This document shows positions 28,191 to 37,583 of a stretch of 64,000 nt of DNA, in pieces. The translations under genes and the position numbers were made by a program. The DNA comes from Minisyncoccota bacterium (GTDB taxonomy: Bacteria > Patescibacteriota > Microgenomatia > UBA1400 > PJMF01). The notes under the pieces were generated by a model. That model was not told where the DNA came from, searched no databases, and saw only the letters and a program-made list of their open reading frames with translations. Location: assembly GCA_012515515.1 (NCBI GenBank), contig JAAYYE010000010.1:18258-82257 (forward strand), written 5' to 3'. The number at the start of each line of letters is the position of its first letter. Within the stretch, counting starts at the first letter, position 1.

Positions 28191-29803
28191 TTATTAGTTG
28201 CTTTGATAATTTTCTGTGTTTCTTCTATTAGTGAAGGTTTGGTGTTGAGTGCTGGATTTTCCATGACTTCTTCTAAAAGCTGATTTAGAATTTGGCCAAT
28301 GAGTGGACCAGGCTTTAATTGAAATTCATCCATAATCACCTGGCCATTAATGGCCAAATCACTTAAATCCATGGGCTGATTGAGTTGTTCAATAATTCTT
28401 TTTTTAAATTCTTCTAAACGCCAACTAGTTTTTTTGGCTCCACTACCTAAACGATCGCCCTCTCTCAAATCAAGAATATCATCAATATTTTCTAAAGAAA
28501 CTTTTTTAATAAAGCGTCTGATTGAGGCGTCGCTGTGGTCAGTTTGATAATAAAACATATGATATCTAACCAAAATAAATATTCTTTGCACGTCTTTTTT
28601 TGAAAGTCTTAGTCTTTTGGCAATTTTACTTGCTATTCTTGCACCCAAGACCTCATGATTATAAAAAGAAATTTCTTGATCTTTTTTTTCATAAGTATCT
28701 GGTTTGCCAATATCATGAATTAGGGTAGCTAAGCGAACCACTGGATCCTTGCTAGGACAAGTAGCTAAAGCATCAAGACTATGGGTCCACACATCGGTCT
28801 TATGATGTCCCGATTGATCCATGTTTTTACCCATTTTTAACTCTGGAATAATGTGATTTAACAAGCCACCTTCGTCTAAAAGCTTGACGCCTCTAGCTGG
28901 ATCGGGGGAAGCTAAGATTTTCATCATTTCCCCACCAACTCTTTCAGCGCTAATAAAGGACAAGGAATCATGATTGTTTTGAATAGACAAAAATGTTTCT
29001 TTTTCCAGTTCCATGTTTAGTTGCACTGCCAGTCGGATGGCCCTCAGCATTCTTAAAGCATCTTCAGCAAAGCGTTCATTGGGATTGCCCACTGTTCTGA
29101 TTAAACCAGCTTTTAAATCTTGAAAGCCTTGGAACTCATCTATTAGTTGCCAATCATTGCTTTGGAGTTGATAATTTTCTAGAATAGATTGTTTTTCAAA
29201 AATATGTTTTAAACTTTGTTTGTCTATGGCGATTGCCATAGCGTTAACTGTAAAATCACGTCGACTTAAATCATCAGTAATGGTTTTGCCCCAAGCAACT
29301 GATTCTGGTCGGCGATGGTCTGCATAATTGCCATCGCTACGAAAAGTAGTGATCTCAAATGGCGGCAAATAAACTTTAGGAGCATTCTGTTCAATTATTT
29401 TTTTCGAATCAAGAACCTTATCTTTCAATGAATAATGGATTTTTTTAGCTGTTTTAAGATTAATTATTTTTTCTTTTTGATTTATTTTATAGAGAGCTGT
29501 TTCGTGATCCAGCAATCTTTGATAAATATTTTTTTTGGGTAAACCCCAATTTTGTTTAATTAATTGCTGTAATAAATTCTCATGAGTAATGCTTACTGTG
29601 CCGAATTGATTTTCATAAAAACTTTCAGGGAAAACCTGCTGAATTTCTTGAGGATTGGCATTGGTGGTAAAATCAAAATCATTAATTAACTCTTGTTTAA
29701 GCATTAAATCGCGAACAGCTCCGCCAACTAAATAGGCTTCAAAACCAGCCTCTTGAAGAGCATAAATAATGTAAAGCGATTCAAATGGTAAATTTAATTG
29801 CAT
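28187..29803 (-). CDS. cca: CCA-adding tRNA nucleotidyltransferase with a C-terminal HD domain
   Basis: Head-domain motif GGAVRDLML ... DFDF, RxxRxxR-like LRMLRAIRLA, and an HD domain (HSLDAL ... LIHDIGK). Confidence 0.8.
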   Translation of the reverse strand: MQLNLPFESLYIIYALQEAGFEAYLVGGAVRDLMLKQELINDFDFTTNANPQEIQQVFPESFYENQFGTVSITHENLLQQLIKQNWGLPKKNIYQRLLDHETALYKINQKEKIINLKTAKKIHYSLKDKVLDSKKIIEQNAPKVYLPPFEITTFRSDGNYADHRRPESVAWGKTITDDLSRRDFTVNAMAIAIDKQSLKHIFEKQSILENYQLQSNDWQLIDEFQGFQDLKAGLIRTVGNPNERFAEDALRMLRAIRLAVQLNMELEKETFLSIQNNHDSLSFISAERVGGEMMKILASPDPARGVKLLDEGGLLNHIIPELKMGKNMDQSGHHKTDVWTHSLDALATCPSKDPVVRLATLIHDIGKPDTYEKKDQEISFYNHEVLGARIASKIAKRLRLSKKDVQRIFILVRYHMFYYQTDHSDASIRRFIKKVSLENIDDILDLREGDRLGSGAKKTSWRLEEFKKRIIEQLNQPMDLSDLAINGQVIMDEFQLKPGPLIGQILNQLLEEVMENPALNTKPSLIEETQKIIKATNN

Positions 29804-29823
29804 GAGGTTATTATAAAAGAACT

Positions 29824-31512
29824 ATGAAGAAATGGCAGTTGCAATCTAAAACAGTGGTGACAGACAAGAATCAACTGCTGGCGGTCTTGTTAAAAAATCG
29901 CCACATTACTGAGCAAAAAAGCTCTGCTTTTTTTCAAGCTCCGCATCCCAAAACCTGGCAATTAAGTCAATTGGGTTTTAGTCAGAGGGCTTTTAATAAA
30001 ATTAAAAAACGATTGCTACTGGCTAAAAAAAATCAAGAAAAAGTCTATATTTTTGGAGATTATGATAGTGATGGAATTTGTGCAAGTGTTGTGCTATGGG
30101 AAGGTTTGAAGTTTTTTGGAATTACTAGTTTGCCTTTTATCCCTAATCGTCAAGAGCACGGTTATGGTTTGTCGATCAAAGCTTTAAAAGATTTATTTGC
30201 CAGTAAAGGTAAAGCAGATTTACTCATTACTGTTGATAATGGGATTGTCGCCTTACCTGCCTTAGAATATTTGGCTAATGAGGGGGTTGAAGTGATAGTA
30301 ACTGATCATCATCAGGCTGATAAGCAAAAATTACCCGTTTTAGCCAGTTTTCACTCTACCAAAATGTGTGGGGCAGCAGTGGCTTGGTTTTTACTTAATG
30401 AATTATTTAAAAGTCATCAAGACCAAAAGCAGGCTGATAATTTTTTAAATGAATTATTGTCTTTGGTAGCTATTGCCACAGTCACTGATTTAATGCCACT
30501 GCAAGATCTTAATCGCAGCTTAGTTGTTCATGGTTTATTAGCTTTACAGAAAACTGATCGCCCTGGTTTATTAGCTCTTTATCAATTAGCTGGAATTAAT
30601 AAAGCTGAAATAAGTAGTTATCACTTGGGATATGTCATTGGTCCAAGGATTAATGCTATGGGACGATTGGCAGATAGTATGGATGCAGTGCGTTTGCTAT
30701 GCACAAACAATGACAAACGAGCAAAACAATTAGCCCATCTTCTACAAGACACCAATGTTGAAAGACAAGACTTAACCAATGACTTAATTCTTCAAGCAGA
30801 AGCCTCGCTTAGCGAAAAAGCAAAAAAAGCATCACTGATTATTGTTGATGGTGAGTATCATGAGGGAATAATAGGTTTATTAGCGGGTAAACTATCGGAA
30901 AAATTTCTAAAACCTTGTGTTGTTATATCTGTGCCCGCCAATGCCAGCGATAAAAAGTTGGTGATTAAAGCCTCAGCAAGATCACTGCCTGGTTTCAACA
31001 TTACTGATTTTTTAAGACAAGTAGAAAATGACTTATTGAGTGTTGGTGGGCACCCTTTAGCAGCTGGTTTTTCTTTAAATTTAGAGAAATTAGAGTCAGT
31101 TAAAAAAAAGCTTTTAACCCTGGCAAAAAAACAACTTAGCAATATTTCACTTAAACCGCAAATTCGCGTAGATTGTCCAATCTCAAGCAAATTGCTCAAC
31201 TTAGACTGCGCTTTGGCATTAGAAGCTTTTGAACCTTATGGCAATACTAATCCTCGACCAGTTTTTTTATTAGAAAATTTATTGTTAAATAATTTTAAGA
31301 ATTTGGGCAAAGATAATAAGCATGCAAAATTATTTTTTTCCACTCCTGAAAGTAAACAAGAAATTGTTGTTTTAGCTTGGAGATTTCAAGAGCAAGACCT
31401 TCAATTTACTATTGGTCAAAAATTCGATCTACTAGTTACTCTTGCCATCAATTCTTGGAAAAACAACAAACAACTACAAATAAATCTACTAGATATTAGA
31501 GAAAAAAACTAA
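29824..31512 (+). CDS. recJ: Single-stranded-DNA-specific exonuclease RecJ
   Basis: DHH family motifs (IFGDYDSDGI, LLITVDNG, VIVTDHHQ) and a DHHA1 region with GGHPLAAG. Confidence 0.85.
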   Translation: MKKWQLQSKTVVTDKNQLLAVLLKNRHITEQKSSAFFQAPHPKTWQLSQLGFSQRAFNKIKKRLLLAKKNQEKVYIFGDYDSDGICASVVLWEGLKFFGITSLPFIPNRQEHGYGLSIKALKDLFASKGKADLLITVDNGIVALPALEYLANEGVEVIVTDHHQADKQKLPVLASFHSTKMCGAAVAWFLLNELFKSHQDQKQADNFLNELLSLVAIATVTDLMPLQDLNRSLVVHGLLALQKTDRPGLLALYQLAGINKAEISSYHLGYVIGPRINAMGRLADSMDAVRLLCTNNDKRAKQLAHLLQDTNVERQDLTNDLILQAEASLSEKAKKASLIIVDGEYHEGIIGLLAGKLSEKFLKPCVVISVPANASDKKLVIKASARSLPGFNITDFLRQVENDLLSVGGHPLAAGFSLNLEKLESVKKKLLTLAKKQLSNISLKPQIRVDCPISSKLLNLDCALALEAFEPYGNTNPRPVFLLENLLLNNFKNLGKDNKHAKLFFSTPESKQEIVVLAWRFQEQDLQFTIGQKFDLLVTLAINSWKNNKQLQINLLDIREKN

Positions 31513-31518
31513 TTTTTT

Positions 31519-32301
31519 TTACAAATGTTTTGCTAAAGTTGCTTCAACTTCTTCAATTGGCAGTGCTCCTTGAATAAACTCTCTGCCAGCTTTTTTACTG
31601 ATAATTACTGTGGCAGGCGTACCGCCAATTCCAGCGCTTTGAGCTCCAGCCATCATTTCGCTAACGATGCTTGCAGTTTCTTGTTTTTCTAAACAAGCTT
31701 GAACTTGATCTGCAGAGGCACCACTGCTAGTAGCAATACTTAAAATACTGCTGTCACTGATTATTGAGTCACCGTTTTCAAGTATGTAAATTGATTTATC
31801 AGTCAGTTTGTCATAGAGAACATCAGTAAATTTCCAGAATGCATCTTCGCCAGCATCTTTTGCTACACATTCACTGGCTTGGATTAATTTATCAGAATAA
31901 ATAGAACCTAAAGAAAAGTGACGGTAAACGAAAGTAATTTGATCAGCATATTTTTCAACTAAGGCGTTAAGAGTCGGATGCCAGCGCTGACAATAGAAAC
32001 ACTGAAAATCAGAATAAGAAATCATCACCACATCAGCATCTTTTACACCTTGAAAATGATCTTTATCGTTAAATTCTGGGATATTTTCTAAAGCAAGAGC
32101 TTCAACACCTTCGTCACTGTCACTTGGGTTATCAGCTTGCTCAATTGTTTTATCAGATTTCAACAATTGATTCTCAGTCCAGAGAGATCCACCCAAAAAA
32201 CCAAGTACTAAAACAATCAAGATAATAACTATTAATGAGAAATGTTCGTTGAGGAAATTAAGGAAATTATTAAAAGAGAATTTGTTTTCTGATTTTGCCA
32301 T
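31519..32301 (-). CDS. Membrane-anchored thiol:disulfide oxidoreductase, DsbA-like (thioredoxin fold, CxxC)
   Basis: N-terminal TM followed by a thioredoxin-like domain with CFYC (FQCFYCQRWHP). Confidence 0.65.
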   Translation of the reverse strand: MAKSENKFSFNNFLNFLNEHFSLIVIILIVLVLGFLGGSLWTENQLLKSDKTIEQADNPSDSDEGVEALALENIPEFNDKDHFQGVKDADVVMISYSDFQCFYCQRWHPTLNALVEKYADQITFVYRHFSLGSIYSDKLIQASECVAKDAGEDAFWKFTDVLYDKLTDKSIYILENGDSIISDSSILSIATSSGASADQVQACLEKQETASIVSEMMAGAQSAGIGGTPATVIISKKAGREFIQGALPIEEVEATLAKHL

Positions 32302-32372
32302 TTGCGCTTTCTATTTCTATAATAGCAATTATTCTAACACACATAAAATCAAAAGAGCATTAAGTAATATTT

Positions 32373-33179
32373 ATGAGTAATTATTCCTCTACTAGTAAAA
32401 AAGTGTCTATTTATGAGCAACAACAAGTGCTGAAATATGGCTTAAATCTAGATGATTTTATTAAAAAAAGTGAGATGCCGGTTGAGTATTTTACTGGCAA
32501 GGTAGACTTTGCTGGCTTAACTTTAGCAGTCAATAAGCAGGTCTTAATACCCAGAATTGAAACCGAGGAGTTAGTTGATAGGGCTTTGCTAATTTTAAAG
32601 AGTCGGGAAAAGCGAGTAGTTAAAATCATTGATTTAGCTACTGGCAGTGGAGCTATTGCTCTAGCTTTGATTAAGCAACTGAGTTTAAATAACTATTTTA
32701 AACGAAGATGGGAATTTTATTTAATCGATGTTTCTCAGCAAGCAATTGAGCTAGCCAAGAACAATTATCAAGATTTAATTGCTCAATTAAACTGCTCAGA
32801 GCAAATTAAGGCGACATTTATTGTTAGTAATTTGTTTGAAGAGCTAGATAAAAACTTGCAATGTGATTTGCTGCTGGCTAATTTGCCATATATCCCCAGC
32901 GCAAAAATACAAAACCTACCAGCTAGTGTCAAAAAATATGAACCAGTCATTGCTCTTGATGGAGGAATAACTGGTTTTGAATTAATAGCAAAAACCCTCG
33001 AACAAGTTGCTTCGAGTAATTTATTGGCCAAGGATGCAATATTATTGTTTGAAACAGACAGTAATCATGATAGGCAATTTGTCAATAAAAATTTCCCGAC
33101 TCTTTTGCAAAAATTCGAATTCCAATTTATTAAAGACCAATTTTCCAGACAAAGATTTATCCAAGCAGGGGAACTTTAA
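32373..33179 (+). CDS. prmC: Release factor glutamine N5-methyltransferase (HemK/PrmC family)
   Basis: SAM-binding IDLATGSGAIA and the catalytic NPPY-type motif as NLPY (LANLPYIP). Confidence 0.75.
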   Translation: MSNYSSTSKKVSIYEQQQVLKYGLNLDDFIKKSEMPVEYFTGKVDFAGLTLAVNKQVLIPRIETEELVDRALLILKSREKRVVKIIDLATGSGAIALALIKQLSLNNYFKRRWEFYLIDVSQQAIELAKNNYQDLIAQLNCSEQIKATFIVSNLFEELDKNLQCDLLLANLPYIPSAKIQNLPASVKKYEPVIALDGGITGFELIAKTLEQVASSNLLAKDAILLFETDSNHDRQFVNKNFPTLLQKFEFQFIKDQFSRQRFIQAGEL

Positions 33180-33243
33180 TCTTGCAGTTATAATAGATAC
33201 AGGTTAAAATTGCATTTATTCAAATTAAACAATTTAGGATATT

Positions 33244-34503
33244 GTGATGACAAATTTTTTTAAGAAAGTGGCGCGCTACTCCCTGTTGATTTTATTGCCA
33301 GTTCTATTTTTAATTGTTTCTATTAAATCACCGGTGCAGGCTAGCGGTGAAGCAAATATCCACTTCTTTTCTTCACAATATTGTCCTCATTGTCGCCAAG
33401 CTGAAAATTTTTTACGTGAATTAAAAACTGAACAACCATCATTACTCATTTATAAATACGAAGTTTCTCATCAACAAAATTCTCAACTACTAACTACGCT
33501 TGCCAGTCGTTTAGCTGTGAGTGGGCAAGGAGTGCCTTTTATTTTGATTAATAAGCAAAGCATTATTGGTTTTTCTGAGGGCACGGCTAGCGAGATTTAT
33601 TCTTTGTTAAATTCAGAAGAAATTGAGGAAGATTTTGTGGCAGAAATAATTAAAGAGAATCGTTTAACTCCTATTATTGAAGAAATTACTGTGACAGAAG
33701 CCGATCCAACAGAGTCGGAGGAAGATCAAGCCCCAACAAATGAAGATCAACAGGTTCAGGAAATTGAGTTACCTGTATTTGGTCGAGTTAACCCTCATAA
33801 TATATCTTTACCCATAGTTACTATAATGATCGGTCTTGTCGATGGTTTTAATCCTTGTGCCATGTGGGTATTAATTTTCTTAATTTCTTTGCTCCTGGGC
33901 ATGAAAGATCGACGCAGGATGTGGGCTCTAGGCTTAGTTTTTATTTTAACTTCAGGCTTTGTTTATTTTTTATTTATGAGCGCTTGGCTTAATTTCTTTT
34001 TGTTTTTGGGTCTGGTTAATTGGGTTAGAATTGCCATTGCGCTATTAGCTATTATCGTTGCCATTAATTATTTAAGAGATTTTATAAAAAATAAAGATGC
34101 TGCCTGTCAAGTCGATTTGGGGGGAAATAAGAAAAAAATCTTTACTAGTTTAAAAGAAATAGTTTATCGAAAAAATATTATTTGGTCTTTGCTTGGCATT
34201 ATCTTATTAGCTTTTAGCGTCAATCTCTTAGAACTAGTTTGTTCTGCTGGCTTACCAGCAGTTTATACCAAGTTGTTGAGCATGCATAACTTGACGAAAT
34301 TCGAGCATTATTCCTATCTATTGCTCTATATTCTAGTATTCATGTTAGATGATGTCTTAGTGTTTGTTATCACCATGATTAGCATGAAGCGGGTGACTTT
34401 AAGCACAAAATATGCCCATTATGCCCACCTAGTAGGAGGTATTATGATGCTAATTATTGGTTTATTAATGCTTTTTAAACCAGAATGGATTATGTTTGCT
34501 TAA
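33244..34503 (+). CDS. Exported glutaredoxin/thioredoxin-like domain fused to a DsbD/CcdA-like polytopic membrane domain (putative thiol-disulfide electron transporter)
   Basis: Signal peptide, then a CPHC redox motif (SSQYCPHCRQAE), an acidic linker, and six or more TM helices. Single conserved Cys residues sit in TM helices (GFNPCAMWVL; LVCSAGLP), as in the DsbD/CcdA family. Confidence 0.4.
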   Translation: MMTNFFKKVARYSLLILLPVLFLIVSIKSPVQASGEANIHFFSSQYCPHCRQAENFLRELKTEQPSLLIYKYEVSHQQNSQLLTTLASRLAVSGQGVPFILINKQSIIGFSEGTASEIYSLLNSEEIEEDFVAEIIKENRLTPIIEEITVTEADPTESEEDQAPTNEDQQVQEIELPVFGRVNPHNISLPIVTIMIGLVDGFNPCAMWVLIFLISLLLGMKDRRRMWALGLVFILTSGFVYFLFMSAWLNFFLFLGLVNWVRIAIALLAIIVAINYLRDFIKNKDAACQVDLGGNKKKIFTSLKEIVYRKNIIWSLLGIILLAFSVNLLELVCSAGLPAVYTKLLSMHNLTKFEHYSYLLLYILVFMLDDVLVFVITMISMKRVTLSTKYAHYAHLVGGIMMLIIGLLMLFKPEWIMFA

Positions 34504-34590
34504 TGAGTTGTCTCTTTATAGACAGTGATTTATGATATTAAAAAAAATTACAATTATTATTAATAGAAAATTAATATAAAAAAAGGAAGT

Positions 34591-36813
34591 ATGACTAAAA
34601 AATTTAAAGATGGTGTTTGGCAAAAAGAAATTAATACTAGAGATTTTATTTTGCAAAATATGACTCCATACGAAGGAGATGCGAGTTTTCTAGTGGGTCC
34701 AGCTGAAACAACTAAAAAACTTTGGCAAAAAGCCAGTCAGCTTTTAAATGAAGAATTGGCAAAAGGAGGCATCTTAGACATTGATACAGAAACTATTCCA
34801 ACGATCACTAGTCATAAGCCCGGATATTTAGATAAAAAATTGGAAAAAATCGTTGGTTATCAAACTGACCAACCTCTTAAAAGAGCCATTAAGCCTTTTG
34901 GCGGAATTAGGGTAGTAGAAGCAGCGGCTGAAGAAAATAACTACAAAGTGTCTGAAGAAGTAGTCAAAATTTTCGATGAATATCGTAAAAGTCATAATGA
35001 TGGCGTTTTTGATGCTTATACAGATGAGATGAAGCTTTTGCGTTCAACTGGAATTTTAACTGGTTTACCAGACAATTATGCTCGTGGCAGAATTGTTGGA
35101 GATTATCGTCGAGTGGCTTTGTATGGAATAGATCGACTGATTGAGGCTAAGAAACAAGACAAACAAGCTTTAGTAGGAGTAATGACAGACGAATTAATTC
35201 GCCTGCGAGAAGAGGTGAGTGAGCAAATTAAAGCCCTCACAGCGATGAAAGTTATGGCTAAGAGCTATGGCTATGATATTTCTAAACCAGCTGAAAGTGC
35301 ACAAGAGGCAATTCAGTGGACTTGGTTTGCTTTTTTAGCCGCACTTAAAGAACAAGATGGCGCAGCCATGAGTTTGGGTAATGTGAGTAGCTTCTTTGAT
35401 ATTTATATTGAGCGTGACTTAAAGGCTGGCAAAATCACTGAGCTTGAGGCTCAGGAATTAGTAGATCATTTTATTATTCAGTGTCGATTAATTAGGCATT
35501 TACGAATGGATGCCTATAATCAGCTCTTTGCTGGCGATCCCACTTGGATTACTGAGTGTTTAGGAGGATTTTTTAGTAATGGTCAACATAAAATCACTAA
35601 AACCAGTTTTAGATTCTTACAGAGCTTGTATAATCTGGGGCCAGCTCCTGAGCCAAATTTAACAGTCTTATGGTCAGAGAAATTGCCAAAGGGCTGGAAG
35701 GATTTTTGTGCTCGAGTCTCAATTGATACTTCTTCAATTCAATACGAAAACGACGATTTAATGAGAGATAAAGGTCAATGTGATGATTATTGTATTGCTT
35801 GTTGTGTGTCGATGATGGAAACCGGTAAAGAAATGCAGTTTTTTGGCGCACGCTGTAATCTTGCTAAAGCAATGTTGATGGCCCTTAACGAAGGTCGAGA
35901 TGAAAAAAGCGGTGAGCTAGTAGTGCCAGGCATCGAGCCTTTGCCAGCTGGACCAATAGATTATCAAGAATTTAGAGACCGTTTTGAAAAAACCATTACC
36001 TATTTAGCTAGTTCATATGTCAATACGATGAATGTAATCCATTATATGCATGACAAATATTATTATGAAAAAGCTCAATTAGCTTTAATGGACACTCATT
36101 GTCATCGTAATATGGCTTTTGGTATTGCTGGTTTAAGTGTGGTAGCTGATTCACTATCAGCTATGAAATTCGCCAAAGTGACTCCTGTTAGAGATAAAAA
36201 TGGACTCACCACTGATTTTAAGGTTGAGGGTGAATATCCAATGTATGGTAATGATGATGACCGAGTCGATGACATTGCAGTTGAGTTAGTCAAGCGCTTT
36301 AGTGCTGAATTAGCCAAAAATCATATTTATCGCAATGCAACAGCCACTTTGTCAGTTTTAACTATCACTTCTAACGTGGTTTATGGTTCTAAAACAGGCG
36401 CTACTCCAGATGGTCGCAAAGCTGGAGAGGCATTTGCCCCCGGTGCCAACCCCATGCATGGTCGAGATCACTCTGGAGCGATTGCTTCCTTAAACAGTGT
36501 GGCAAAAATTGATTATGCCGACGCAAGAGATGGTATATCTAATACTTTTTCAATTGTGCCTAAAGCCCTAGGTAGTGAACAGAAACAACAGGTTAATAAC
36601 TTAGTTGGTATGTTAGATGGTTATTTTAATCAAGATGCTCACCACCTAAATGTTAATGTTTTAAACCAAGAAACTCTAGAAGACGCCATGGAGCATCCAG
36701 AAAATTATCCACAGTTAACTATTCGAGTTTCTGGTTATGCGGTGAATTTTATTAAATTATCTCGGGCTCTCCAAGAAGAGGTGATAGCACGGACCTTTCA
36801 TAAAACAATGTAG
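34591..36813 (+). CDS. pflB: Pyruvate formate-lyase (formate C-acetyltransferase, glycyl radical enzyme)
   Basis: C-terminal glycyl-radical motif RVSGYAVNF. An active-site Cys pair region ([10 protein letters not shown]). Length 740 aa. Strong RBS (AAAGGAAG). Confidence 0.9.
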   Translation: MTKKFKDGVWQKEINTRDFILQNMTPYEGDASFLVGPAETTKKLWQKASQLLNEELAKGGILDIDTETIPTITSHKPGYLDKKLEKIVGYQTDQPLKRAIKPFGGIRVVEAAAEENNYKVSEEVVKIFDEYRKSHNDGVFDAYTDEMKLLRSTGILTGLPDNYARGRIVGDYRRVALYGIDRLIEAKKQDKQALVGVMTDELIRLREEVSEQIKALTAMKVMAKSYGYDISKPAESAQEAIQWTWFAFLAALKEQDGAAMSLGNVSSFFDIYIERDLKAGKITELEAQELVDHFIIQCRLIRHLRMDAYNQLFAGDPTWITECLGGFFSNGQHKITKTSFRFLQSLYNLGPAPEPNLTVLWSEKLPKGWKDFCARVSIDTSSIQYENDDLMRDKGQCDDYCIACCVSMMETGKEMQFFGARCNLAKAMLMALNEGRDEKSGELVVPGIEPLPAGPIDYQEFRDRFEKTITYLASSYVNTMNVIHYMHDKYYYEKAQLALMDTHCHRNMAFGIAGLSVVADSLSAMKFAKVTPVRDKNGLTTDFKVEGEYPMYGNDDDRVDDIAVELVKRFSAELAKNHIYRNATATLSVLTITSNVVYGSKTGATPDGRKAGEAFAPGANPMHGRDHSGAIASLNSVAKIDYADARDGISNTFSIVPKALGSEQKQQVNNLVGMLDGYFNQDAHHLNVNVLNQETLEDAMEHPENYPQLTIRVSGYAVNFIKLSRALQEEVIARTFHKTM

Positions 36814-36814
36814 C

Positions 36815-37567
36815 ATGGCCAAAACTCTTAGAATTCATTCATTTGAAACGTTTGGGGTTCATGATGGACCAGGTATTCGCCTAGTAGTTTTTGCCCAAGG
36901 TTGTCCTTTTCGTTGTCTCTATTGTCATAATCCCGACACTCAAGACTTGGAAACCAATAAAACCATACTCAAGACTGTTGATGAAATCATTGAACTCTTA
37001 GAAAGAGAAAAACCCTATTTTGGTAAAAGTGGTACTGGCGGTGGACTGACTATTTCTGGAGGTGAACCAACTCTACAAGCCAAGGCAGTGACTGCTATTT
37101 TTAAAAAAGCGCAAGAAAAGGGTTTTCACACTTGTCTGGATACTTGTGGGGCAATTGTTAACAAAGATGTGGAAGAGTTATATCGTTACACCGATCTATT
37201 ATTGTTGGATGTTAAACACATTAATAATGATTGGCATCGGAAATTAGTTGGTCAAAGCAATGACAATGTTTTAAAAAATGCTAAAATTAGAGAAAAAAGT
37301 GGCCGAGAAATGTGGTTGCGCTATGTGCTAGTGCCAGGATGGACTAATCAAAAAGAATATATGCTGGCTTGGGCCAAATATTTCGCTCATTTTAAAACCG
37401 TGAGTAGGGTTGAGATTTTACCTTATCACGAACTTGGCAAACACAAATATCAAGAATTAGGCAGAAAATATCTCTTAGAAGAGATAAAGCCACCCAGTCA
37501 AGCAGAAATTAATCAAGCAAAAGAAATTTTTACAGAGTATTTTGGAGAGAAAGTTTTAGTACACTAA
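36815..37567 (+). CDS. pflA: Pyruvate formate-lyase activating enzyme (radical SAM)
   Basis: CxxxCxxC motif (GCPFRCLYCHNPD). Follows pflB directly with a 1-nt gap. Confidence 0.9.
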   Translation: MAKTLRIHSFETFGVHDGPGIRLVVFAQGCPFRCLYCHNPDTQDLETNKTILKTVDEIIELLEREKPYFGKSGTGGGLTISGGEPTLQAKAVTAIFKKAQEKGFHTCLDTCGAIVNKDVEELYRYTDLLLLDVKHINNDWHRKLVGQSNDNVLKNAKIREKSGREMWLRYVLVPGWTNQKEYMLAWAKYFAHFKTVSRVEILPYHELGKHKYQELGRKYLLEEIKPPSQAEINQAKEIFTEYFGEKVLVH

Positions 37568-37583
37568 AAAATAGAAAGACTTT

